A DNA stretch of 63,126 nucleotides, filler included, from Hausera hauseri (Eukaryota), in NCBI GenBank assembly GCA_046269625.1. It is 9 parts of 9 records of this genome, joined end to end, with 100 filler letters (N's around TTAATTAATTAA, not from the genome) between each part and the next. Parts side by side here need not be neighbours in the genome. Positions count along the whole stretch, not along the records: positions 43,016 to 59,029 come from JBJURY010333270.1; positions 59,130 to 63,126 come from JBJURY010830970.1; 7 more parts are not named here. One strand, given 5' to 3'. A model generated the notes under the pieces. It ran no database searches and was not told the DNA's origin. It saw nothing but the letters and a program-made list of their open reading frames with translations. Positions within the stretch are counted from its first letter, which is position 1. Every line of letters begins with the position of its first letter. The position numbers and the translations under genes are program-made. Shown piece after piece: positions 52,936 to 63,126 of the stretch.

Positions 52936-55629
52936 TTCAGTCTATTTGCTGTAATTTTTAACGTGGGTGGGGTGTCAGCTTCACACAGCTTATTATTGCT
53001 GGTTTTGGTAGCCGTGGCTTCGTATAAAGTTGTACAGATCGTCTGTGGAGTAATGGATTTTCATTCATTTCGCATACAGACCTATAGGACTGTCTTATCT
53101 TTTTTTTTTAATTTATAAGCTATTAAGTTTCAGAGATGCTAGCATCTCCCCTGCTCTTTTGGCCGCTGCGGACTTTGCTATCTATGCGGCCGGCAGCACC
53201 ACCCCCCAGCACACATCTACGCATTTGTCAGGTCCGTCCTATCACAATTGAAGCCATGGGTGTAAAATGCACAGCAAGCCACTGTCTAACATGCCTATTC
53301 ACCAAGTAATAGCTAAGGAAATTATTGGTTTTATTGGATATTTTACTAACCCTTGGGAAAAGACATTTATTAGATGACAAGAAACAATTAAAACAGCGCT
53401 AAGTCTTACAGCGTTTGTCCTGCTTCCTGTGATTGCTTCAAACTGGAACACCTTCTGCCTACTACATTTTCGGCAACCTAAAAAAGAGGACAAAACAAGC
53501 AAATATTTTATACACAAAGTAAGAAAATAAATAAGCGAAAAAATACAGAGCCCTATTACACGAATCTAGGATATGGGATTAAGATGGGATTTTGGTGTAA
53601 ACCTGAATAAATTAAGCTTTGAATCAGCTGCATGGGAGGCGAAGAACTTGTGCTCTGAAACTAACCTGGTCCTGATGTGGTTTAAAGTGAAGTTTATTTA
53701 ATCTGTTTATGTTTCTGACCAGTAGATAGTCAATTTACTGCAAAACAGTTGATCTAACAAAACTTTACAATCTTAAATCAACTAAAAAGTATTTTTGATC
53801 TTGTTTTCAGACCGATATACTAAACAAGATCAGAGTATGTTTGTTTATTGGTATTTGGCTTGAACTTAAATAGCGCCTTATCTGTCAACTTGTAACCCAA
53901 GGCTCTTTAAACTTCAGGCATTCAAACAATAGTGGTTTTTATAGGGGTTATAATTATTAATTTGAAAAGATTCAGTATAATCCAATAGTTGAAATTATTT
54001 TGTGTTGGTTAATTTCTGCAATGTCTGATCAGAATTAAGTGTAATATAGTTAATATTTTTTACTTTACATCACCATATTTGTCAATATATTCGTTTGTTC
54101 ATGAGATTACATGTGAAAATAAATGACAAAAGTTAATATCAACCTCAGATTCCTTCAATAATCTAAGTGTAATAACAATCTGTCATGCCATTATGCCAAG
54201 TCCACCCCTTCTTTTTAAAGAAGAGTAATTTCAGTGTTTGGAGATTGACGTCAGAGACCCATTAAAGATAATCTGTCATTTTTAGCCCTGTTATCAGTCG
54301 TGGAATTAAAACACCTACTAAAGCCAAGAAATGGAAAGAATAAAATGGCAGCAATGCCGTGCCACCAGTGGGTTGCTACAGTTAGTGACTGTATGACCAC
54401 AGGAGACATAAATATAAATAAATTAACTTCAATCAACCACCTTCCAACCAGTACTACAACTGTTCTGATGCTACAAATAAGTTATCAACTTTTCTCTGTC
54501 CTGCTTTGCACTGCAAGCACTGTTATCTACAGTCTGCCTGCAACCTCATTGACCTCATGAGTAAAAAGCATTTTAGTAAAAATGATGGATTTCTGAGTGT
54601 GACAGGTGTAAGTTTGAAGTGTTTACATGATTCACCTAAAGAAAATGTTTGATATGAAAAAGGCCTCAAAAAACATCTTGCCTTTGCAATTAATTAATAA
54701 TTTCTGTTGATTCGTAGTTTAAGGTCTTTTAACTTTTATTGTAGTGTTATACAACAGCATTCATTACCAAAGTAAATTAACTCATTTGGGCGCATTAATA
54801 CATTTAGAAATAAAATTCAAATTGTAGAGTCAAACAGAGTAATGTCAACATAATTACGAATTCTGATTAATTTTCAACTGAAAATGTATACAAACTAATG
54901 CAATGTAAAGTTATGATTGAAGAAAACCAGTCTTGAGACTGACTGCAGACTGACTGTACATAAAATTTACGACAGGTCTGGGTGCAAAGTAGCCCATGGT
55001 AAAATTATTTTCACAAACTAAAACTTTCCTTGTTAATATCGCTGGAATATTGCCATCTAAAATAAAAATAAATAATAATTACATTAAACAATACATCTCT
55101 GTTCTTTATGACTGTTCTAAAAACAGCAAAACCATCCTGTGAAGAAGTGGGCGGAGTCTCTGCTTGGGTTACCAGGAGACCGGCTGGCCTCAGGTTGGGG
55201 TGGGCTGGAGTACAGTTTGTGACATCCTAAACGGTGGTGTTTGATAAAAATTTAATTTCAAGAGATAAAAAAATAAAAATACTTATAGTATAACTACCTA
55301 TGAGTGCATTTTTTTGGTGCTTCGACTTTTTTATAAAGCATTACAGACAGAAGTAAAAAATAAAAAAGTGAATTTTGCATATTAGGTCCCTTTTAAGAAC
55401 AAATCTGTTTGTACCAACAGTTTTTGCATGATGCTCAATGAGATTTACCTTAAGTAATTTTGAGGGGATAGGCAAATACAGTAAAACAAGTAGAGAAAAA
55501 AATATGGTGCAGTGGTTCAAAAGTTCTCATATAAGGCATAAACAAGCATAAATGTATGACATTGAGTCAATGTGTCAATGTGAAAGAAAGTTAATGAGTT
55601 AATTGAAAGGGTATGGAAAAAATAACTTA

Positions 55630-57120
55630 CCCTTAATTTTTACTTTTTCAAGAGGGCCTCTCTGACTCAAACACTGAGTGATGGCATGGTCAGCTGGTGG
55701 AGATGTTTTTTGAGCAGCTTTAACTTGTTTTTTCTTTTTCCGTAAAGGCTGGGGGGATGGAAATACTGAAGGAGAAATAGGAAAAAGATCAAGCACCAAC
55801 AAACTTTCTTTCTGATTGTCTGGCTGGATCTTCAGAGGCTCATCAGTAAGCATCTTATGATGCGTCTCAGACTGGTCCTCAGAAAGCATCTCATGATGCT
55901 TCTCAGGCTGGGCCACAGCAAGCATGTCATGCTGTGTCTCGGCCTGGTCCTCAGTAACCATGTCATGCTGTGTCTCGGGCTGGTCCTCGGTAACCATCTC
56001 AGGCTGTGTCTCGGGCTGGTCCTCAGTAACCATCTCATGCTGTGTCTCGGGCTGGTCCTCGGTAACCATCTCAGGCTGTGTCTCGGGCTGGTCCTCGGTA
56101 ACCATCTCAGGCTGTTGAACACATTCTTCACTGGATGGAACAAACTGCTGTTCGGTGGAGTTTTGGGGTTGCACTGATACAGAAGTTTATAGTAAACATG
56201 TAGTTTCACACAAAGCACACATACATATTGAGATATCTATATACTAAACATATATATAGTGTGTGATTTTATATACAGTATAATTCTTTGTTTTAACATA
56301 TTTGGGCAATTTTTTTATGGTTGCAAGCTGCGCAGCCCACATAGTAAGCTCTACTGCTCTTCACAATCCAAGTAACAATACTTTTTCAAACAGTCAAAGA
56401 CGTTAAACATTGTTAAAAAATACAATTTTCTACATATGTACAAATTTAACACTTACCTTGACACAACAGAAATTCATAGGATTTTTGCATTTTGTCCAGG
56501 AAGTCTTTTGTTGTAGAACTGGGTTCCAAATATGTGATAGTGTCTGCTACCCACTGGTTATTTTGACCTTTTGCTTTTTTGCCAATAAATAAAATTGGCT
56601 TGTAGCCGATTGCATCAAGTTTTCGAACCTGAAATTGATAAAAACAAAAGAAACAAATAATTTAAAACCACCATGTCATTAGCTGCCTGAAACTATTGTT
56701 TATCTTCAGAAAACAATTGTAAACATTGTTTTATGTTGCCTAAATTACATATTCTACAGTGTGTTATCATGGGAAACTCTTAATATAATCATCTGTATTG
56801 TCTAAGTTAGAAAGTAAAAATAAAAGGACATGTGTAGATCACAGATTATACTGTCCTCAATTATAAGAAGGATCAAATAAAACAAACAGGTTTTCAGTCA
56901 TATAAATTCATACTTACAGCAATACGGGCATAATCCATGATTCGGCCAGTGTTTCTGTGTTTCAAAACAGATTGCCCCCATTGGCTATTCAGTGACTGAA
57001 CTTTTTTATTTACTTTTTCTTTGGTGGACAGACTTCCAAAACACACATAGCAAGTCTTTCGATTTGCCTGATTGGGGGTCTTGCACGCTTGACAGGGACT
57101 GAATTTTGGGCGTGTCATGT
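55630..57120 (-). pseudogene. Multi-exon gene: N-terminal C4 zinc ribbon plus acidic 12-aa repeats
   Basis: MTRPKFSPCQACKTPNQANRKTCYVC exon with GTAAGT donor; next exon (~56456-56630) has a stop; exon with the EMVTEDQPETQ(P/H) repeats. Confidence 0.6.
55850..56115 (-). repeat. 36-bp coding tandem repeat (~7 copies)
   Basis: GCTGTGTCTCGGGCTGGTCCTCRGTAACCATCTCA units. Confidence 0.95.
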
Positions 57121-58739
57121 TACCCCCCAAAAAAACAACAAAAAAACAAAAATCTGTGAACAAGACAAAAAAACGTCTTTGGGAGACTTAAAAAAACTAA
57201 TGGGTGCAGATCAATGAAGAACCTGTAGAGAAAAAGCGGAAAGTGTTCAGAATTCAGGCAGAAATCGGTCAGAATCAAAACCATTTTTTTCTCCAACCAC
57301 TGTACGGTCACTAGAGCAGATCAGTAACTTATATCTATAAGTACACACATTGTTTGTATTGTTGTTTGCTCTGACACAGAGATGTGAGCATGTCATGGTG
57401 TACGAGAAGAAAATTCCACCAATTTACTGTGTGTTCATTCATAAATGAATCTAAATTCAGATATACTTACTACACAGTAATAGAAAACATACACAAGTGG
57501 AGAGGACTTTGCTCAGCTAATGGATGTTAGACATGCTTTTAAATGTACAGTACATCAGAGCAATAACAATACATTAAATTTTCAGTGATTTGATGTCAGT
57601 ACGTTTAATCTTTGATCTGATTTAAGGCTATAATGCAGTTGAACCTCCAACCTAAGCACACTGAAGCTTTCTGCAACACTTACACTTTAAAAAGTGGGGG
57701 AAAAAGTAAGAGTATACACTTCTTTGTGACTTTAACATGGATAATTGCGGCCTAAATACAGACAAAGTTGAACGTGTTTGGCTAACAGCTGCTAGCTTAA
57801 CGCACATTTGTAAAAACATGCATCTAAATGCCTTTCATCATTCACTATTCCACTGACCTGTAACTACATGTAACAAACTGTTGAAAAACAATACTTTGAA
57901 TTATTGTGCTTTAGTACAACCATAAAGAAAGTTTATTTTACTCACGCGTGTGCAGTGGTCGCTGGTGGTCGCTTGAAATGACGTCAAGAGAGGGGGAGGA
58001 GAGGCGGAGCATTTTACGCGGCTTCCGGATGTTTACTCTGTTTCCTTGACAACGAGCTGGTTTCGCCAAAGCTAGCTAAACATCTCATGTTTATAAGATA
58101 AAAAAAGTACCAAAAAATTGTTAAAAAAGACATAAAGGAAACGATTATCACATTTACGTACAGTTTGAAAGATTTCGGAAGAAATTTTTAAAAGTTCACG
58201 CCAATCAGAAGACTAATAATAATTTTAACATTCAAATTTTGCGATCTTATTAGAGGAGCTTTTGGGATAATCCGACCAAGCCGAATTGATAGTCATCGCA
58301 CTAAACGCCGAGGGTTCAAATAATGTGCAGCTGAGACCTTCCTGACTTGAGATATAAATGAATTTATTTTGTAGGCTACCAAAACAATAGGTTAACAAAT
58401 AGTCCAGGAATACACTTGCACCATATAAAACTGTGAACTCAACATCTGCAAAAAAAACCTTCTCATGGAGAGGTAAGTCATAGGCTGCCAATTATAATGT
58501 ATTACTGCGTAAAAAGCATTAAAAATAGCGTAAATCTTTTTTTCATTGACAGCCCCATTTCGTCAAATAATGACGAGATGGGGCGCCCTTAAGCGGCACA
58601 ATGTGACGCCGAGGGTACCCTTGCAAAGCGTCAAACATATGACGGGTAGGGAGTGAGAACGTGTTGCTCCTGCACCAGGGAGATAAAATGAGGAGATCCA
58701 GTCAGCAGGAATCTCCTTTCACTAATCAGCACCCAATTT

Positions 58740-58740
58740 T

Positions 58741-58815
<75 letters not shown>

Positions 58816-58816
58816 T
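58740..58816. repeat. (TTTA)n microsatellite
   Basis: Direct reading. Confidence 0.98.
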
Positions 58817-59133
58817 CAATTTTTTTTATTAAAAAAAAAGCACCCAATTTTTTAGAGAGGTTCTGCTGGACAAACTCCTGGTATATTGAGCTTCTGCTGC
58901 TGGATTTTCCTGTAAAAATGTATGAATTTGCACAAAAATACAAATTCTCCTGCATCAGGGAGATGATGATGCCGACTAAGGTGTGAGTGACATCATAATG
59001 ATTGCTGACTAAGGTGTGAGTGACATCATNNNNNNNNNNNNNNNNNNNNNNNNNNNNNNNNNNNNNNNNNNNNTTAATTAATTAANNNNNNNNNNNNNNN
59101 NNNNNNNNNNNNNNNNNNNNNNNNNNNNNTTTT

Positions 59134-59430
59134 TCAGTTAGTACGATAAATTCGACGGGGGAAGAAGAAAATTTGCCCGAATTTTACCGACTGTTTGAAA
59201 GAGCGCGAAAGATTGTTTTTCCTGAGGCTATTTGGTATCTGAGCCCGTCGGGTACGAATATTTCTCCATCTACGAGAATTTCTTCTTCGATTTCTATTTT
59301 TATTTTGCGCTGACATGTTTCCCGCGGTCTTTTTAGGACCTGGTCGGATGCCATATCTTCGTTGATGATTTCGTCTTCCCATCNNNNNNNNNNCTCCGAC
59401 TATCATTTTGTCGTTTAAAATTTCGGCCAC
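59134..59430 (-). CDS. Arg/Asn-rich basic ORF (contains a 10-N gap)
   Basis: MSAQNKNRNRRRNSRRWRNIRTRRAQ. Confidence 0.4.
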   Translation of the reverse strand: MAEILNDKMIVGXXXXMGRRNHQRRYGIRPGPKKTAGNMSAQNKNRNRRRNSRRWRNIRTRRAQIPNSLRKNNLSRSFKQSVKFGQIFFFPRRIYRTN

Positions 59431-59592
59431 TTTCTGTTAGAAAATATTCGAGTCTATTTGATTATTTATATTTACTTCGGATAATCCTGTAAGGTGGGTG
59501 TCGTAATTATTGATTCGTTGTCTGGGCGTGACAAGCGTGTAGAATAGGGTATCTCCGAGTAGATTTGTTATTGTACATTCTAGAGGGGTCAA

Positions 59593-60235
59593 TTAATTTT
59601 GTTGATCATAAGTCAGATTGGAAGCCACGATGACTATTTCTTTATTGGATACGGTCGGGTTATATCTGTAGGATTTTGTGGCGTATTTCAAATAGTCGGG
59701 TTCGACTAAATAAAACATTTTTCCTGGTGGTGGGATTATCCAAACGGCCTCAGATTTTATCACGTCCACTCCAAACATAATTCTGTTCGTAAGGGAGCGA
59801 ACTTTAATTGAATTCCTTTTGTGAACTGTTATTCCAAATTGATAGCATGATTCGGATCCCGGTTAACTAGATCGCCCTGTTGATGCGGTCTAGTATATAT
59901 ATATTGATACTGAGAAATTTGTCTGGGAAATTTATGAGATCCTCCAAGAAGAAGGAGGTCGCCTTAGTCATCTGGATGTAAGCCAGGACTTTATTGCTTT
60001 GAGAGTACCTCTTTAGATTATTGGGGATTTGTTGGACTGAGGAGTAGTTTAGGCTATAAGTATCATTGTTAATGATGACGTGATATTGAATCGTCGAACT
60101 GGCATTAAGCAAATGTGTCTTTGCGTTTTCGAACCAGTTCTTGCTGCAAATTATCGACTGTATTTCTGAGGACACTGCAACGAAATCAGTTAATAGATCA
60201 TATAGACAACTTATCATTAACACAACGGTTGTCAA
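59593..60235 (-). pseudogene. Orphan ORF(s) downstream of the membrane protein gene
   Basis: ORFs 59867-60235 and 59593-59778 (open upstream to ~59862) on the element's sense strand; possibly one frameshifted gene. Confidence 0.35.
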
Positions 60236-60351
60236 ATGTACATTATGAGTAATCGTTGTGCTTCCTTTTTATTACACAGCGGGGTAACTAGATAACGTCT
60301 AGTTATCCTTATTCGTTGAATCGCCTTATTGACGATTCTAAGTAGTAATTG

Positions 60352-61779
60352 TCAGCTTGGATTATCTGTATCCAAGACATTCGGTACACGTCGCATATCT
60401 ATCCTAATCCAGTTTGGTCTGTGACGTTTTCGTATATGATCGGTTATCTTTATTGCGAGTGCTAATACAATTAATAAGATTATAGGACATACAGTACCTA
60501 TTATTTTTAGTTCTATTCGGGAAGGGGTATAACTCGCTTTTGGTAGCTGTGAAATTTTGCTCGAGCTTATATTCATTTTTCTATTTATTACTTTTTGCTG
60601 TATTCTGGCTTTCGTCGAAGCAGCTAGTGACTTGGTAGAAATCATTGTGTTGTCATCACCATATAATTGTAATATGACCGTATATTTCGTATTTGGACTT
60701 AAATCGGCACATGGTACTACTGTATCGTCTGGTGTGATTATACCTTTCGCTATTATCTTTTGCCCTAGCTTACAGATGAGTTTAATTTTATAGAAGTTTA
60801 AATCAGGTTGGCTAGCTATAACTAAAGAGGTGAGTGTGGAGATTATTGTGACATTTTCTAAGACAGAACGTTTCTGACGATACGGTAAAGCGTAAGGTCG
60901 GATATGAACTGTCATTTCTCCGATATTTATCTTTGTTTTATTAGACTGTCGAGGGTTCGCAAGAGGTGCCATGACACTTGGTTGCTGGTCGTCATCATAT
61001 TCAATGGCATTTTTGAGTCGAACGTATGTTCTGGGCCCTTCCAGGGTTAGAGTCTTGGCGATCCCTGAATCCTTTCGTACTAACACAAATTCTAAATCGT
61101 AAGTTTTGCCTCGTAGGATATTACAGCAGACTCTGAGGTGTTCGTCAGTTAGCCGGCATTTTAACGTTACCCTTTGCTTCTTTTGTACACCCGCAAGTCT
61201 TATATTTACTGCTCTGTTCTCTTCCAGCTCTATCATTGTTTTAATTTCGATACAACTTCGTCCGCTTTTAAATCCTATTGGTTTAACGGTGAGTTGGGTT
61301 ATTATTATTTCATCTAATTTGATTGCGTTCATTGTTCGTCTATTGGGAACCTGGATAATGCCTCGGCACTTGGTATATTGCCACTGATAGGGGTTTTTAT
61401 GTCTTTTGATCAGAGTATAGTATATAATATAATTTCCAGAGTCATTTATTATACACTCCGTTGTGTTCTTCCAATAAGTAATGCCGCGATCATACTTTCG
61501 TTGTTTCGGGCTTCGTTCATAATCATGCTCGTGGATTGCCCGAATTCCTATCATATACCGATTGGGTAGCCTTTCAAATGCCATGAACTTTATACATTTT
61601 TGGCCTTTCCTTGTATAGGTTATCTTGTGATAAATATATTTCACCAGGCTACTTTCCCATGTTTCATTTGAAGGATATGTTCTCATCCATGGATCAAACG
61701 GTTTTGTCGACCGGGCCAACAGGCCTGGTGCCCCTATAAGGACCAATAGAGAGAAATATTTCAATATTTCGTAATCCAA
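60352..61779 (-). CDS. Env-position type-I membrane protein with FN3-like domain
   Basis: Signal YFSLLVLIGAPGLLA; RQKR|S furin-like site; DLSPNTKYTVILQLYG FN3 signature; TM IIGTVCPIILLIVLALAI followed by a basic tail. Intact 475 codons. Confidence 0.75.
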   Translation of the reverse strand: MDYEILKYFSLLVLIGAPGLLARSTKPFDPWMRTYPSNETWESSLVKYIYHKITYTRKGQKCIKFMAFERLPNRYMIGIRAIHEHDYERSPKQRKYDRGITYWKNTTECIINDSGNYIIYYTLIKRHKNPYQWQYTKCRGIIQVPNRRTMNAIKLDEIIITQLTVKPIGFKSGRSCIEIKTMIELEENRAVNIRLAGVQKKQRVTLKCRLTDEHLRVCCNILRGKTYDLEFVLVRKDSGIAKTLTLEGPRTYVRLKNAIEYDDDQQPSVMAPLANPRQSNKTKINIGEMTVHIRPYALPYRQKRSVLENVTIISTLTSLVIASQPDLNFYKIKLICKLGQKIIAKGIITPDDTVVPCADLSPNTKYTVILQLYGDDNTMISTKSLAASTKARIQQKVINRKMNISSSKISQLPKASYTPSRIELKIIGTVCPIILLIVLALAIKITDHIRKRHRPNWIRIDMRRVPNVLDTDNPS

Positions 61780-61818
61780 ACTTTTCTTTTTATGGCTGAT
61801 GGCTCTTACAAATTCTTG

Positions 61819-63126
61819 TTAATCTGCTCTTAATTTACTTTCTTTAGGGGCAGGTTTATACCTGTTGACATGTACTTTAATTCTGACGTTATTTTTCTTT
61901 AGACATACATTGGGTAGGTCCACTTTTTCTATTTCGTACGGTCCCTTATAAGGTCTATCCAACTTGGATGTTTTGCCTTTCTTATTTAATGGTGTATATA
62001 ACATCATTTTATCTTCAACTTTAATTTTGGGTTGCTTACTTTTCTCGTCGTAGTGTTTCTTGTAGGTCAACTTATACTCTTTCTGAATGTCTTTCACTAT
62101 CTTATAGTCTAGTTGTAGACGTTCTTGCTTCAGCTGTTTGTATTCGTCTACTTCCATAAGATGAGAAATGGGTCATACATTAAAATCCAGATCGATGGGT
62201 ACCCTGGCGTCTCTCAAAAACGTGAAGTAGAACGGTGTTTCTTTTGTAGCTTTGTGCACCGATGTCCGATTTACAAACACGCAGGCATTAATATATTCGT
62301 ACCAATAGTCTTGTCTGGTACTAACAACTGTTTGTAATTTATTTTTTAAGTCACCAATGTACCTTTCGACCATTCCATTATTTTCTTGGTGGCCTGGAGT
62401 TGATCGTAACTTTAATATGCGCATTATACCATAAATAGCTTCCATTACGTTCCCAGTTAAATTCGAGGCTTGATCTGTCAATAAAATTTTTAGAGATCCA
62501 TAATTAATTACAATATTTTCTACAAATTTTTCGGCGATTGTATCAGCTTTCATGTCCGGCATAGGTAATGCCACGACCCATCGTGTGAAGTAGTCTATAA
62601 AGACCAAGATGTATTTATTTCCATTTCTTGTTAATGGTAATGGTTTTATTATATCCATGGCGGTAAATTCAAACGGAGCAGGAGGATTCTCCCATACTTT
62701 GAGGGGAGCTTTGAACTTTGATCCAGTATTTTTGCGTGTGGCACAGTTTGCAACTATCATACCATTCGTGAACATCTTTCGTCATAGTCGGCCAAAAGTA
62801 TTTTCTTTTCAATTTACTTATGGTTTTTCGAGTCGATTCATGTCCACCGAGAAGTCCATCATGGTATTGAGTCAATAGTACTGTTCTGTTCTTTTTAGGT
62901 ATAACTAACGCTGGTACATCTTGGTGTATATAATACAAAAGTCCTTCCTTCTCCTTGTACGCATGGCTAAATCGAGCCAGGTAGGGGGCTAACTCCCCCT
63001 TTTTTTCATCTTCACCCTTTTGTGATAACACCATGCCGACTCCATAGTCGCTTGCGTCTGTCGCTAATATGAAGGGTTTAATCATATCTGGGTAGACTAA
63101 AATTGGGGCGTTTAATAATTTTTGTT
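61819..63126 (-). mobile_element. pol: Gypsy pol 3' part: RNase H start (internally deleted) plus integrase
   Basis: KPFILATDASDYGVGMVLSQ; HDGLLGGH..YFWP..CKLC; AMDI, IDYFTRW, LTDQ, HQENNGMVER; YKGPYEI. Confidence 0.93.

Noticed and set aside
55850-56115. 36-bp repeats as a CRISPR array
   Set aside because: Contiguous units with no unique spacers, they encode a peptide repeat, and the context is eukaryotic
58661-58855. ORF with YLFI repeats
   Set aside because: Translation of the (TTTA)n microsatellite

Overview
This window is eukaryotic and is not one locus. It is nine unrelated contigs joined by artificial 100-nt spacers (44 N + TTAATTAATTAA + 44 N): 1-8529, 8630-12841, 12942-20118, 20219-24537, 24638-30379, 30480-38133, 38234-42915, 43016-59029 and 59130-63126. 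Most contigs are AT-rich, compact-intron DNA packed with decayed mobile elements: a pyrimidine-rich Ty3/Gypsy family in three copies, Polinton/Maverick polB and capsid fragments, and a Penelope-like fragment. Two contigs (30480-38133 and 43016-59029) look teleost-like, which suggests a host/parasite mixture. The main discovery is an A-rich LTR retroelement lineage seen in two divergent copies (12942-19575 minus; 20219-24537 plus). Its decayed polyprotein reads gag - long helical region - ubiquitin-like domain - AT-hook - Bcl-2-like domain - signal peptide plus chuvirus-like fusion glycoprotein - aspartic protease. The envelope therefore lies between gag and pol rather than after pol. A third A-rich Gypsy fragment (59130-63126 minus) carries, in frame behind integrase, a type-I membrane protein with an FN3-like domain, followed by further orphan ORFs. 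All family assignments come from motif recognition by eye; no database search was run.
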